A stretch of DNA of 64,000 bases from a virus. Below, piece by piece: positions 17,647 through 27,940 of the stretch. The stretch spans positions 6,379 to 70,378 of IMG/VR virus record IMGVR_UViG_3300009176_000030; one strand, 5' to 3'. The notes beneath the pieces are model-generated. The model was not told the origin of the DNA. It saw only the letters and a list, made by a program, of their open reading frames with translations, and did no database searches. A program made the position numbers and the translations under genes. Position 1 is the stretch's first letter. Every line of letters starts with the position of its first letter.

Positions 17647-20600
17647 TCATCCGGCGATCAAGTACAGGGACCAGTAGCAGACGCGAGCCACGCCGGTCGG
17701 TGGGGTATCGAAGACGATCGTACCGAGCCCCCCGTCCTCCGTGTACGCCGAGGCGGGCTGGAGGAGGCCGTTGAGGAAGACCTGCGCCGAATACTGGACG
17801 AAGCTGGCCGACATCTGCAACGACGTGGTGGCGGGATCGAAGTCCTCGCAGACCCAAGCGTTGAGTGAGACGCCAGAACCGGCCGGAATCGGCGTGCTGC
17901 AACCGGGGAACCCGTCGATATCGAGGACCTCGATACGCCAGTCGGGCGTGGCGGGGTTGGTGGTGAAGGCCGTAATCTCCAAGAGCGCTGGCACGGTGAT
18001 GGGGGACCCGCCGAAGTTCGGGTAGTCCGTGTAGGCGGGGGCGGCGTCGTTCTCGTAGTAGGCACGAATCTTGTAATCGGTCGAGGTCATCAGAATCTCG
18101 ACCCAGAACCACTGGTCGGCAGGGTCAGTTGTGCCCAGCGGGAAGGTCGTCCCACCGCTCGAACCGCCACCACCGGCCCTGGCGTTGACGACACCGAGGT
18201 CGATCACGTTGGGCGAGCCGCCCGAGGTGTAGTGGAAGGTGGCAGCCGTTGAGCCTGGCGTCCCGCTGGCACCGCTTTCTCGACTAACAGCAGACATCCA
18301 GAACTGGATGCTCCCTGTCTGCGATGCCCCGACGATCTTGATGAGCGCCCGCAGATGGATCGGATACGTAAACGGCAGAACGAGTATCTGGCTCGTGAAA
18401 CTGGTGCCTGACACACTGGTCGGCAGCAGCCGACCCTCGGTCCCGTTCACGCTCGCCATGCTGCCGCGGCTGCCGACCGTCCAAGCCGTCCCGTAGTCGC
18501 TGGTTCCCCAGCCACCGGCAGCAACAGTCCGTGTGTACGTGTCGGTCGGACCATCGCACGCCAAGTAGCACGGCCGCACGGCGTAGTCGAAGTCGATGAA
18601 ATCAATCGCCAATGTCCGGCCCGCCGTACCTCGACCGTGCAGTTCGACATCGAACTCGGTGTCGTTGCCCGCAAGCACCGTGCCGCCCGTATCATCGGCG
18701 TCGATCAGCCACGGGGTCGGCTCGACCTCGGCGGCACGCCAGACCTTCACCCGCGAGTAGGAGCCGGGCAGCACATCCCAGCGCATGTTGTACAGGTCGG
18801 TCGTCCATGTGAATGCCTGGTCGTGCTGCGTAGAGGTGTCCTGTGTCCACACCGATACCCGGCCGAAACCGGCGCTGCTGATATAGCACTCGACCTGTGG
18901 CCCCGCCACGAAACTCCCGCCGCCATAGATGGTGAACATCTGCGACAGGAACTCGCTGATGGCGCCGTTCCCAAGCGCGGACGCGATGAACGATGTCCGC
19001 ATCGAGAATGCCCCGCCATAGAACGGTGCCGCTGGCGCATCGCTACCGAAGAACTCAACCCAGTTCGTGGTGGATTGAAGCGCGCTCGAACTGCCGGACA
19101 GGGTGAACACGCCCTGCGAGCCGTTGACGCTCAGTCGAGTTGCAGTTACCTGCCACTGATGACCGCTCGGGGTTGTCGTTCCCCAACTTCCGGCTGGCAC
19201 CGTTCGATTGAAGTTCTCGAACTGGATATCCGCACAACGGTCGCGTGTGAAGTCGATCTGGCCCCAAGCCCCGGTCGCCGTCGCGCTCGGGTTGCTGTTG
19301 GTGACGGAGGTGAACAAGGCGCCGTTCGTGTTGATGTAGCCCGAACCGCCAGCACCGTAGATCAGCCAATCGGGCTCGGTGGTGCCGTGCTCCCACGCCT
19401 TGACCCGCCATTGCTTACTGGCGGCAGTCCCGGTCCAGTTGACGTAGAGCTTGATGTCGTAGGCCACGCCCGAGGTGAGGGTCATCGGATACGCCGTGCC
19501 GTCTTGATCCTGAAGCACCTGACCGGCGTAGTCGAGGCGTGCGAACACGCTATACGTGCTGAAGATGACATCGCGCACGCCGATCGTCATCACGCCCAGC
19601 GCCGCAGCCTCGGTCATGGTGAACGTGGTGGACAGCGTCCAGCCCGTCGTGTCCATCCACGGCCCGCTGATGAACGGCGAGATCGAGGGAGGAGTGGACT
19701 GGACGCCGACGATCTTCAGCGTGCCTGCGTCAACGACAACGATCCCCTGCGTGCCATTCACGGACCAAGTGCCGTTCAGGATGCTGGTCGAGTACGCCAA
19801 GCCGAAGCCTGGGAACGCATTGCCCCAGCCGGTCGGCATGGTGCGCTCGAAGCTGTCAAAGAGGGTCGTCAGTTCGCAGTCCTGACAACCAGCGGGGGTC
19901 GGCTGTGGCAGCGGGAAGTTGAACGGCGGAAAACCGAACGGCGGGAAGTGGAAATTGAACATGAACGGGTCGAAGAAGTTGAACGGCGTGTCGATCTCGT
20001 GGCTGAGGGTCAGGGTGTACTTCGGCGCGGTCGGTGCCTCGAAGTCGATCTCCATCTTGCGGATCGGGATCACATCGTTGAAGCCGAAGGTGTTGCTCGT
20101 GAAGTTCACCTTGTCGGCCACGCGAAGGCCCTGCTGGTAGGTCGTGACCATAACTGCCGGGCGATCGTTCTTGGCGCCGCGCTTTGACTGCGGCGAGCCG
20201 TCGATGATCGACGCCGCGATCCGGTTGATGGTCGATTGCAGGTACACCCCGAAACTGGTCTGTCCCATCTGCCACAGCCCGTGGGTGGCTTGGCTCGTCG
20301 CGTCCGTATCGCGCACGAAGACCGGTGTCTGGGAGCCGTAGCCGACGCCCCAGCACATCACGTCGTTGGCAAGGTTCGTGCCGTCGAGCAGGATTTCCAT
20401 CTCGCGATAGCCGAACGAGGTCACATGGTTGGGCTGGTCCGACAACGCGAACGGGGCGTTGGGCGTATCGACATCGGTGTAGACGAAGTTCTTGTCGGGG
20501 TCGATGTAGTAGATGGCCGCGGGCAGGCTGGCGATCGACTGCATCGCCTGACCCCAGGTATCACTGCCCTCCCATGCGCGACCCTCCTGCGTCCACGTCG

Positions 20601-21735
20601 TATCGGCCACGTTCTCCACGTAGGTCGTCGTATCCAGCCCGTCGCCCGACAGGTCGAGCCAGTCGGCGAACAACTGCTGGATGGCGGTCACGTCGGCGGT
20701 GTGCGGCGGCAGGAGCGGAGCCATGATGTGTGCCCCGTTCGCCTGATCGAACACGATCCGCTTGGCGAGCAGGATGTTGATGTCCGAGCCGACGATGTCG
20801 AAGAACCGGGTCGGGCCGAAGTCGTCCACGTTGAGCGCCGGGAAGACGTAGATGCGGTTCACGCTGGCGATGAAGCCACGCCATTCGGTCCGGCCGCCGA
20901 TGGTGAGTACGATCTCCTGGCCGACCGTGAAGGACTCCGTGCTGGCGTCGTCGCGGACTCGGAACTTGCACTGCCCGGCCACGCCGTTCACCTGTGACTC
21001 GAAGTGCATCGACGCGATGACCACCGAATCGGTCAGGACAGATAGACCACCAATGGTCAGATCGAACTCGCTCAACCCGCCCGGCGTGAATGGATCAGCA
21101 GGGACATACGGGACCACGACGCTGACGCGCTCGTTGACGATCGGCACCAACTCGGCCACCGCTCGCAGGAACGTGCCAACCCTCGTCACCGCAGTAGAGA
21201 TCGAGGAGATCGAGTCAGCCACCGTCCGGTTGATCGTTCGGACCTGCGTCACGGCTTCGGTCAGGGTCGCGAGACTGTCAGCGACGGTTCGCACGATAGC
21301 GGCCGCGACAGTGGCAACGACCGCCTCGGTCAGGGTGCTGACGGAGTCGGCGACCGTACGAGAGAGGGTTCGTATCCCGACCACGGCTTCGGTCAGGGTC
21401 GCGAGCGACGCTGATGCCGTGCGCGCGTAGGTTGCTACTCGGGTCGGGCTCTCGGTCAGGGTCGAGAGGGAATCCGCTGCCGTACGAGAGATTGCCCCGC
21501 CACTCTCGTCGAAAATACCCGAGTCGAAGATGCCGGTGTCGAAAATACCGGGGATATCAGTCGTTCCAGCGACCGACTCGGTGATTGAGGAGACCGAGTC
21601 GCCAGCGCTTCGGACGTAGGTCGCAACACGAGTCGGGCTCTCGCTGAGGGTCGCAATGGAGTCGGCGGCTGTAACTCCAGCCCCGCTCTCATCGAAGATA
21701 CCGGAATCGAAGATGCCGGGATCAAAGATTCCCAT
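17647..21735 (-). CDS. large tail/baseplate protein with N-terminal 21-aa repeats and three C-terminal lectin-like modules
   Basis: 1362 aa after tape measure; GIFD repeats, RTVADS repeats, three (F/Y).RT....WG modules. Confidence 0.8.
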   Translation of the reverse strand: MGIFDPGIFDSGIFDESGAGVTAADSIATLSESPTRVATYVRSAGDSVSSITESVAGTTDIPGIFDTGIFDSGIFDESGGAISRTAADSLSTLTESPTRVATYARTASASLATLTEAVVGIRTLSRTVADSVSTLTEAVVATVAAAIVRTVADSLATLTEAVTQVRTINRTVADSISSISTAVTRVGTFLRAVAELVPIVNERVSVVVPYVPADPFTPGGLSEFDLTIGGLSVLTDSVVIASMHFESQVNGVAGQCKFRVRDDASTESFTVGQEIVLTIGGRTEWRGFIASVNRIYVFPALNVDDFGPTRFFDIVGSDINILLAKRIVFDQANGAHIMAPLLPPHTADVTAIQQLFADWLDLSGDGLDTTTYVENVADTTWTQEGRAWEGSDTWGQAMQSIASLPAAIYYIDPDKNFVYTDVDTPNAPFALSDQPNHVTSFGYREMEILLDGTNLANDVMCWGVGYGSQTPVFVRDTDATSQATHGLWQMGQTSFGVYLQSTINRIAASIIDGSPQSKRGAKNDRPAVMVTTYQQGLRVADKVNFTSNTFGFNDVIPIRKMEIDFEAPTAPKYTLTLSHEIDTPFNFFDPFMFNFHFPPFGFPPFNFPLPQPTPAGCQDCELTTLFDSFERTMPTGWGNAFPGFGLAYSTSILNGTWSVNGTQGIVVVDAGTLKIVGVQSTPPSISPFISGPWMDTTGWTLSTTFTMTEAAALGVMTIGVRDVIFSTYSVFARLDYAGQVLQDQDGTAYPMTLTSGVAYDIKLYVNWTGTAASKQWRVKAWEHGTTEPDWLIYGAGGSGYINTNGALFTSVTNSNPSATATGAWGQIDFTRDRCADIQFENFNRTVPAGSWGTTTPSGHQWQVTATRLSVNGSQGVFTLSGSSSALQSTTNWVEFFGSDAPAAPFYGGAFSMRTSFIASALGNGAISEFLSQMFTIYGGGSFVAGPQVECYISSAGFGRVSVWTQDTSTQHDQAFTWTTDLYNMRWDVLPGSYSRVKVWRAAEVEPTPWLIDADDTGGTVLAGNDTEFDVELHGRGTAGRTLAIDFIDFDYAVRPCYLACDGPTDTYTRTVAAGGWGTSDYGTAWTVGSRGSMASVNGTEGRLLPTSVSGTSFTSQILVLPFTYPIHLRALIKIVGASQTGSIQFWMSAVSRESGASGTPGSTAATFHYTSGGSPNVIDLGVVNARAGGGGSSGGTTFPLGTTDPADQWFWVEILMTSTDYKIRAYYENDAAPAYTDYPNFGGSPITVPALLEITAFTTNPATPDWRIEVLDIDGFPGCSTPIPAGSGVSLNAWVCEDFDPATTSLQMSASFVQYSAQVFLNGLLQPASAYTEDGGLGTIVFDTPPTGVARVCYWSLYLIAG

Positions 21736-21764
21736 GGGAACCCTCCCCCCAGCTTAGGGACGTA

Positions 21765-22238
21765 TCACGCGATCTGGACTGCGGTGATCGTAGAAACGTT
21801 ATTGCCGACGCCGTTGAACCCAGCAGCGGCGAGGATCAGGTTGCCGTTGACCTGGCTCGTGGCACTCGCCTTGAACGTCTTGGACCCGTTCCCCGTCACC
21901 TTTGCCATCAAGGCCAGCGAGTTGTTCCCACCGGCCACGCAGAACCCGACCGCCGAAGCGTAGGTGGTTCCCGAGCTATCGCGTATCTGCACCGTCTGTG
22001 TCGCCGACGATGCACTCGACATGGCAATGGACACAAAGATGAGCCATGTTCCGGTAGCAAGCGCGCCAGTGACCGGTCCGTCGTACCACGTTCCCGCCGT
22101 GGTCATGGTCACGTCTGCGGCTAGTTGCGTCATCGACGACGACAGGCTGACGACATGGTCCGCGTTCCATTCGGCCTTGTGGATTTCGCCGGTCCCCGAG
22201 TCGGTCCCAGACGCGACGGTGGCGTGAGTAACGGTCAT
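21765..22238 (-). CDS. minor tail protein
   Basis: VTH...EWNADH N-terminal motif typical of phage fibres; Gly/Ser/Thr-rich beta-strand content. Confidence 0.6.
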   Translation of the reverse strand: MTVTHATVASGTDSGTGEIHKAEWNADHVVSLSSSMTQLAADVTMTTAGTWYDGPVTGALATGTWLIFVSIAMSSASSATQTVQIRDSSGTTYASAVGFCVAGGNNSLALMAKVTGNGSKTFKASATSQVNGNLILAAAGFNGVGNNVSTITAVQIA

Positions 22239-25200
22239 TAGTTCACTCCTCGCATACCCTTCAAGGCACCCTCGCGTCCGATCACCTTGGTCACCGCTCG
22301 GGCGATCGCGTCGATGTCGGAGTCGTTGCGAACATACACGTCGCCGAAGTTGACCGTCGTGTCACCACCGCCACCGCCGAGCATCGCCGCGGTATGCGGG
22401 TTGCGCAGGACGGCTACCGTCTCGTTCCGGTCGTTCTCGCCCACGGTCATCATGCCGACCGGTCCGCCACCCGTGTTGAACAGCGCACCACCCGCAGCAC
22501 CACCGACCTTGTTGCCCTGGTCGTGGTAGCCGCCCGATGTCTGCGCCCCGGCAAACGACGCGGCGTAACTGTTGAGATAGGTAATCGTCCTCGACAGGTA
22601 CGTGTTGAAGGCATCGGCGGCGTACTTCGACGCTCCGAACATCGCCTTACCTGCTGCGGTCTCCAACGCTGTCATCTGCGCGAAGTCGTGGTTGATGACT
22701 GCATCGACCTGACTGAGATACGTCCCGACCGCGGCGACCTGCTGCTGCTGGAGTTGCTGTGCGCGCTCCAATTCGGCGGTCTTGACCTTGACATCGATGG
22801 TGACCTGACGGCCTTGAAGCAGGAGGCCGATCTGTCGCGCGAGATCGGCCCCCTGCCGGAGATTCTGGATATCGACGATCTGCACCTGATTGCCGAACAT
22901 CTGGCGCTGGATGTCGAGTTGCTTCTGGGCGTAGTCGGCCTCGATCTGGGCTTCCTTGATGTTGGCCTGTCGCTCCTCCGGGGTAACGCCCGGTGCCTGG
23001 AACCCGGCCAGTGCGGTCTGGAAGTTGATCTGGCGCTGCTGGAGGTTGAACTGGAGCAACTGGCCCTGCCGGGACAGGACGAGGTTCTGCCGTTCGAGCA
23101 CGCCCAGATACGACTGCCCGGCGCCGAAGTTCTTGCCGGTCAGGCCCCCGATGTCAGCCAGCGAGCGGCGGGCGATGAACAACTGGTAGTTGTACTGGGC
23201 GACCTGATAGGCGGCCTGCTCATTGACGATGCTGGTCTGGAGCCCGGCGATCTGCTTGCCGGTCGCGACCACGCCATTGAGCGCCGACTGGAACGCCACA
23301 CCGGCCGCCGAGCCGAAGTTCTTGATGAGTTCCGGCTTGTACGTTTCCTCCAGCACCTTCAGGCCAGCCGCGTAATTCGCGTTCAACTGGTCCTGAAGTT
23401 GATTGGCCCCCTTCAGGTCGGTGTTGATGCGCTCCTGCTCCTTGCGGTTCGCCGCAACGATCCCGGTGTTCGTGGGCAGAAGCGGCTGGGCGAGGTTCTG
23501 AAGTGACTGCTGCGCGGGAAGTTGAGTGAACTGCTGGAACTGCTGCTGACGCTGCGTGCTCGCAAGGAACGCCGGGCGCTCGTAGGCGAACTGTTGCTGA
23601 AGCGCCGGGACGGATGCCGCGGCTTCTCGTTCGCGCTGCCGCTCGTTTGCCTGCGCCAAACGGCTGAGGGTCGCCGTATCAGGGATGCTGGCGCCGACGC
23701 TGATCTGCTCCAGCGCCTTCTTGTACTCCTCGGCGGTCTGGGCGACGGCGCCGTTGACCTTCAGGATCAGCCCGGTCGTCTCGGCCAGTTGCACGCCGTA
23801 CGTGTCCCCAGCCTGCACCGCACGCTGTTCGGCCGCTGCCAGTTCGTCGGTCGAACGGGCGTAGGCGTAAGTGACCGTCGCCGTCCGACCCAGCGCCTCG
23901 CCGCCACGCTTGGAGGCGTCTTCGAGGTTCTTGACATAGGCGTCGATGGCATTGCGCTGGCCGGGCTTCAGCGACGACTGGAACGCAGACTCGGGCGGTG
24001 TCGGCGGACCAATCTGATTCTCAGGTGGGGCGGGCGTCTTGGGGAACGCCACACCGAGGCCGATTCCCGCCAGGCCGCCGAGCGGACCGAGACCCCGAAT
24101 GGCGTCGCCGACCCCGCCCGCAATATCGGTTGCTGTGCCAAGCGGCCCGCGGTCGTTGCCCTGCCGGATCGGCTGCTCCTGGCGGGTAACAAAGTCGCGG
24201 AAGGCGGGCTGGCTCAGGAAGTCGAGAGCCTTGCCGATGTCGTCGAACGGACCCTTGCCCTGCGTCTTGCTGAGACCGCCGAGGTCACCTGCGATCAGTT
24301 CGGAGACGCCCTTACCGCCGCCCAACTGCTGGGCGAGGAACGATGTCCCGGCCACCCCTCCGAAGCCGCCAAACAGCCCTTGCGGAGCCTGCTGGTTGGT
24401 TCCGGTCGATGCTCGGAACAGGTCGGATGCCTGCTGCTGCGCGATTGCCCCGGCTTTGACCTGGGTCGTCAGTTTCAGTTGCGTCGAGAGATAGTCGGAG
24501 GTCGTCGCCGATAGGCCAGCCGTGGCAGCCTGCTGGGCGAGCACCGCATCGACGTTGCCCTTCTGGGCAACGGTCTGCTGGGCGAGCGCGCTGGTGACGG
24601 CGGTGGACTTCGCCGCGAAACCACCCTGCATGTCGATGAAGTCGCCCAGTGCCGGACCGATAGCCGACAGCGCAACATCAACGCCCTTCAGGGCCAGCGA
24701 GAAGCCGACCGTGGCGACGCCGATGCCGACGAACGTCCGAATGGCCGCCGACGGACCAGAGAACGACTGGACGCGCTCCAGTGCCTTCGCCCGCTCGTTC
24801 TCGGCCGCGGTCAGTTCCTCGGTCGCCTGACGGGTGGCCGTCCGGCTCTTTAGGACATCGGGCTCCCGCAGGCGATCCTGCGAGATGCGCACCTTCTCGT
24901 TAGCCGCGGCCAGTGCCGCCTGCGCCTCAACCCGCTGACGACCGCCCGCGAGGAAACCGCCGAGGCTGGACTCGAAGGTCCGCAGGGTCCGACCGGCGGT
25001 GAAGGTCTGGGCCTCCGAACTGGCGATCCGCTCGGCCTCGCGCCGGGCGACATCCTCCTCGGTCCGACGAACGGCTGGGCCGCGACCGCGCGCTGTCGTA
25101 GCGGGTCCGCGAGTCTGAGCCGTCGCCTCATCGCGGGATATCTGGAGCGACTGGCGACGTTCCTCACGTTGGTCGGCAAGGCGCCGCGTTCGCGCCCGAC

Positions 25201-26800
25201 GAGCCTCTGCCTCGGCGGCGAGGTTGACGGGCTGCTGCGCCGCGCCAGACAGGAGGGCCGCGCGCTGTGCCTCGGAGCGCCGGAACGCCTCGATCTCCTG
25301 CGGCGAGCGCTGACGACCGGCGAACCCGGTGGATTGCGGCTGATTCCCCTCCTCGTGCTGCGCTTCATAGGAGAGTTCGGTCAGGCGGCGCTGCTCGTCG
25401 GCCTTCGCCGAGATGCCTGCGGCTCGGTCAGCCCGTGCAGCCTGATCGTCGAAGTACGACGTGGCGAGTGCAGCGAGATTGTCATAGTGACGACCTTGGG
25501 TGGTGAGTTCAACCCGGCGGGCGCGCTCGGACTCGCTGAATGCCCGCTGCGCTGCCGTTCGTCGAGACTGCTGAACGCGCGCCTGATGACGGTCACCCTC
25601 GCGCAGTTCGTTGGCCGCCATCCGGGTCTGGAACCCGAGACGACCCTGCTCCTCCTCACCCATCTCGGCGGCAATCGCGGTCCGATCGATGTTCTTGCGA
25701 CGTGGCGCTGAACGCGCAGCAGGAGTCGTAGCCCTAGGTTGCTCATCGTCACCGGGGGGCGGGGCACTGGCTCGTGCCCGACTGCCGCCGCGGCGCCCGC
25801 CGTCGCCCCCGGCAGCAGCCTGTGTGACGTTCTTGGCAAGCGGAGCCGGACGAGCGGCATTGACCCGGAGTCGTTCGAGTTCCCGTTCGGCAGTCGCCGC
25901 CGCAGCCGGATCGACCACGACCTTGATGGGGACATTCTCCAGCCCCGCCAAGGAGCCTTTGAACTGGGCGTAGAACTCCTCCGTATCGCGCTTGGCCTGC
26001 TCGGTCGAGACCGGGATGACGATCGGCTCGATCGGCGTTCGAGTTGTCTGGGTCAGCGCGGCTTGGTCTGCTCGCGCTGCCGCCCGCTGGCGAGTTGACC
26101 GCTGCCTCGTGACATTCGCTTCCTCGGTGGCCTCCTCGGCAGCCGCCGCACGAATGGCTGCACGCCGCGATCGAACCGGCGCAACGGGCGCCGCAGGAGC
26201 CGGAGCAACCGGACGTGTCGCCGCTACCGGCGGGCGCTCGACCTCGATGTGGATGATGGCTGCCTTCTGGGCCGCAGCCATCTCGGTCTTGAACTCGCCC
26301 AGGAATACGTTGAGTTGTTCCTTGGCCTCGCTCGTACTGACCGCGAGGACCAATGGCTCTGCCGCAGGCGAGGCGTGAACGTCCTGAACAAACTCGGCCT
26401 GCTGCGATCGAGCAGCCTGCTGGACGGTTTCGCCTAGATGCCCAAGACCCTCGGCCTGCTCACCTAGCTGCTCACGAATAGCCTTTTCGAGGCTGTCATA
26501 GGCACTGGCGCCAGCGCCCCCGGCTGGCGCCATTCGCTCGTACGCCATCTGCGCATACGACTGGGGCGGTGGCTGCCGACGAGGAGGAGGTTGAGGAACG
26601 ACAGCCTGCGCTTGTGCCGTCTGGGTTGTGCGGGCCTGCGTGGGCGTGGCGACATGCGGTTGAATGGTGAGCGCCGCCGACATCTTCGCGGCGGCGGCCT
26701 GCATCTTGCCGAGGAGGGCTTCGAGTTGCGCGTCCACCCCTGCTTGGGAGATGGATGCTTCGACTGAAATCCCGCCTACGCGCTCTGCTTCGTCAGCCAC
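22238..26800 (-). CDS. tape measure protein
   Basis: 1520 aa Ala/Gln-rich, follows tail chaperones; C-terminal AAGG...VGE...E.V. Confidence 0.85.
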   Translation of the reverse strand: MADEAERVGGISVEASISQAGVDAQLEALLGKMQAAAAKMSAALTIQPHVATPTQARTTQTAQAQAVVPQPPPRRQPPPQSYAQMAYERMAPAGGAGASAYDSLEKAIREQLGEQAEGLGHLGETVQQAARSQQAEFVQDVHASPAAEPLVLAVSTSEAKEQLNVFLGEFKTEMAAAQKAAIIHIEVERPPVAATRPVAPAPAAPVAPVRSRRAAIRAAAAEEATEEANVTRQRSTRQRAAARADQAALTQTTRTPIEPIVIPVSTEQAKRDTEEFYAQFKGSLAGLENVPIKVVVDPAAAATAERELERLRVNAARPAPLAKNVTQAAAGGDGGRRGGSRARASAPPPGDDEQPRATTPAARSAPRRKNIDRTAIAAEMGEEEQGRLGFQTRMAANELREGDRHQARVQQSRRTAAQRAFSESERARRVELTTQGRHYDNLAALATSYFDDQAARADRAAGISAKADEQRRLTELSYEAQHEEGNQPQSTGFAGRQRSPQEIEAFRRSEAQRAALLSGAAQQPVNLAAEAEARRARTRRLADQREERRQSLQISRDEATAQTRGPATTARGRGPAVRRTEEDVARREAERIASSEAQTFTAGRTLRTFESSLGGFLAGGRQRVEAQAALAAANEKVRISQDRLREPDVLKSRTATRQATEELTAAENERAKALERVQSFSGPSAAIRTFVGIGVATVGFSLALKGVDVALSAIGPALGDFIDMQGGFAAKSTAVTSALAQQTVAQKGNVDAVLAQQAATAGLSATTSDYLSTQLKLTTQVKAGAIAQQQASDLFRASTGTNQQAPQGLFGGFGGVAGTSFLAQQLGGGKGVSELIAGDLGGLSKTQGKGPFDDIGKALDFLSQPAFRDFVTRQEQPIRQGNDRGPLGTATDIAGGVGDAIRGLGPLGGLAGIGLGVAFPKTPAPPENQIGPPTPPESAFQSSLKPGQRNAIDAYVKNLEDASKRGGEALGRTATVTYAYARSTDELAAAEQRAVQAGDTYGVQLAETTGLILKVNGAVAQTAEEYKKALEQISVGASIPDTATLSRLAQANERQREREAAASVPALQQQFAYERPAFLASTQRQQQFQQFTQLPAQQSLQNLAQPLLPTNTGIVAANRKEQERINTDLKGANQLQDQLNANYAAGLKVLEETYKPELIKNFGSAAGVAFQSALNGVVATGKQIAGLQTSIVNEQAAYQVAQYNYQLFIARRSLADIGGLTGKNFGAGQSYLGVLERQNLVLSRQGQLLQFNLQQRQINFQTALAGFQAPGVTPEERQANIKEAQIEADYAQKQLDIQRQMFGNQVQIVDIQNLRQGADLARQIGLLLQGRQVTIDVKVKTAELERAQQLQQQQVAAVGTYLSQVDAVINHDFAQMTALETAAGKAMFGASKYAADAFNTYLSRTITYLNSYAASFAGAQTSGGYHDQGNKVGGAAGGALFNTGGGPVGMMTVGENDRNETVAVLRNPHTAAMLGGGGGDTTVNFGDVYVRNDSDIDAIARAVTKVIGREGALKGMRGVN

Positions 26801-26813
26801 ATCTCACCTCCCT

Positions 26814-27131
26814 TCAGAACTGCTTATCGCCCGCCGGATCAACGACAGTATCGCCCGGCTTGGGTTGCTTCCGGCCCGGCGTCGGAACACCGCGTTTGGC
26901 TGCTTCGATGGCTTCGTTCTGCGCCTCGATCGTGCGCACGGCGAACTCACGCATCCGCCGGAACTCGACCTCGGGCAGCAGTTTCAGTGCCGCAGGTGTC
27001 ATCTTCCAGAACAGGGCCACGTTGGCACGTTCGACCCAGCGATCTTCGAGGTAGCCTCCGAGGAGGCGCTGCCCGCCGGGTAGCTGCGCCTTGCGCAGCT
27101 TTGCTGCCTCAGCGGGCGTTAGGAGTTTCCC
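26814..27131 (-). CDS. tail assembly chaperone, -1 frameshift extension (gpGT-like)
   Basis: -1 frame begins GKLLTPAEA at slippery G GGA AAC. Confidence 0.75.
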   Translation of the reverse strand, partial: GKLLTPAEAAKLRKAQLPGGQRLLGGYLEDRWVERANVALFWKMTPAALKLLPEVEFRRMREFAVRTIEAQNEAIEAAKRGVPTPGRKQPKPGDTVVDPAGDKQF

Positions 27132-27484
27132 TCGGCGTCGGCATCCTTCAGCAGGTTCAGTTCGTCCCACGCCCGCAGGAGGGTGACGAGTTTCGCGCCC
27201 GCCCACTTGCCCATGTCGTCGATGCTCGTCGGAGGACTGACGATGCTGGTCGCGAGATTCAGCCGCGAGTTGAGCCGCCCGTTGAACCGCTGGGTCTGCT
27301 CGTTGTAGGCAGCGTCGTAAGCGTCGTCGCCTTCGTCCACGGTGACCTGCCGGAGCCGGTACGTCGTCCCCTCGTAGTTGAGTTCCCCCCAGCGCAGGCC
27401 CTTGTAGGGCTCCTCGGTATAGGTCCCGGTCGCGCTGAAAATCTTGCTGGGCTTCTCGGCTTCCGCCGCTGCCGTCTTCGCCAT
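27119..27484 (-). CDS. tail assembly chaperone (gpG-like)
   Basis: Between tube and TMP; ends GAG GGA AAC TCC TAA. Confidence 0.8.
   Translation of the reverse strand: MAKTAAAEAEKPSKIFSATGTYTEEPYKGLRWGELNYEGTTYRLRQVTVDEGDDAYDAAYNEQTQRFNGRLNSRLNLATSIVSPPTSIDDMGKWAGAKLVTLLRAWDELNLLKDADAEGNS
27125..27131 (-). other. -1 programmed ribosomal frameshift heptamer GGGAAAC
   Basis: X XXY YYZ in correct frame just before the stop. Confidence 0.8.
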
Positions 27485-27500
27485 GATGTCTCCCTCTCTG

Positions 27501-27875
27501 CTAGCGGTGCAGGTGACCCGTGGTCACACCGCTCTCCGTGTACATGATGTCTTCGAGCGTCAGGACGCCGCCTTCGTAGCGCCATTCCTTCCAGCCCAGG
27601 ATGTCGAACCGCTGATGGCCGAGACGTGGCGAGTTGAACTCGATCACGACGCGCTTCTGGAGCGGTATGCCGTTGTGTTTCAGGTTCATCAGGGGCTCAC
27701 TGACCCATGAAAATTGCGCCCTGAAACGAAGCAGAGGCGTCGTGCCGTCCGGCTTCGTTCCAGAGCGCCTGATGTTCCAGCGAGAGATGATCGCGACCTT
27801 GGCACCTGCCGCGGCCGTGATGTAACCAGCGTCTCCCTGGATGACGGCTTCACTGCCGCCGGTAGGACCCAGCAC
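27501..27875 (-). CDS. tail-associated protein
   Basis: RBS GGAGG; between tube and chaperone. Confidence 0.6.
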   Translation of the reverse strand: MLGPTGGSEAVIQGDAGYITAAAGAKVAIISRWNIRRSGTKPDGTTPLLRFRAQFSWVSEPLMNLKHNGIPLQKRVVIEFNSPRLGHQRFDILGWKEWRYEGGVLTLEDIMYTESGVTTGHLHR

Positions 27876-27905
27876 TCAGCACCTCCCTCGTGACTGATTG
27901 CGAGG

Positions 27906-27938
27906 AGTATAGGGCTGCGCTCTCGATGAGAGCGACCC
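27906..27938 (-). promoter_or_regulatory. hairpin after tail-tube stop followed by TATACT -10-like hexamer
   Basis: CGCTCTC/GAGAGCG stem; TATACT at 27911-27906. Confidence 0.35.
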
Positions 27939-27940
27939 GA

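Noticed and set aside
18637-20187. Long plus-strand ORF (also 22394-23506, 33584-34873, 36309-37445, 49628-50644)
   Set aside because: Antisense shadows of high-GC genes; no motifs or RBS
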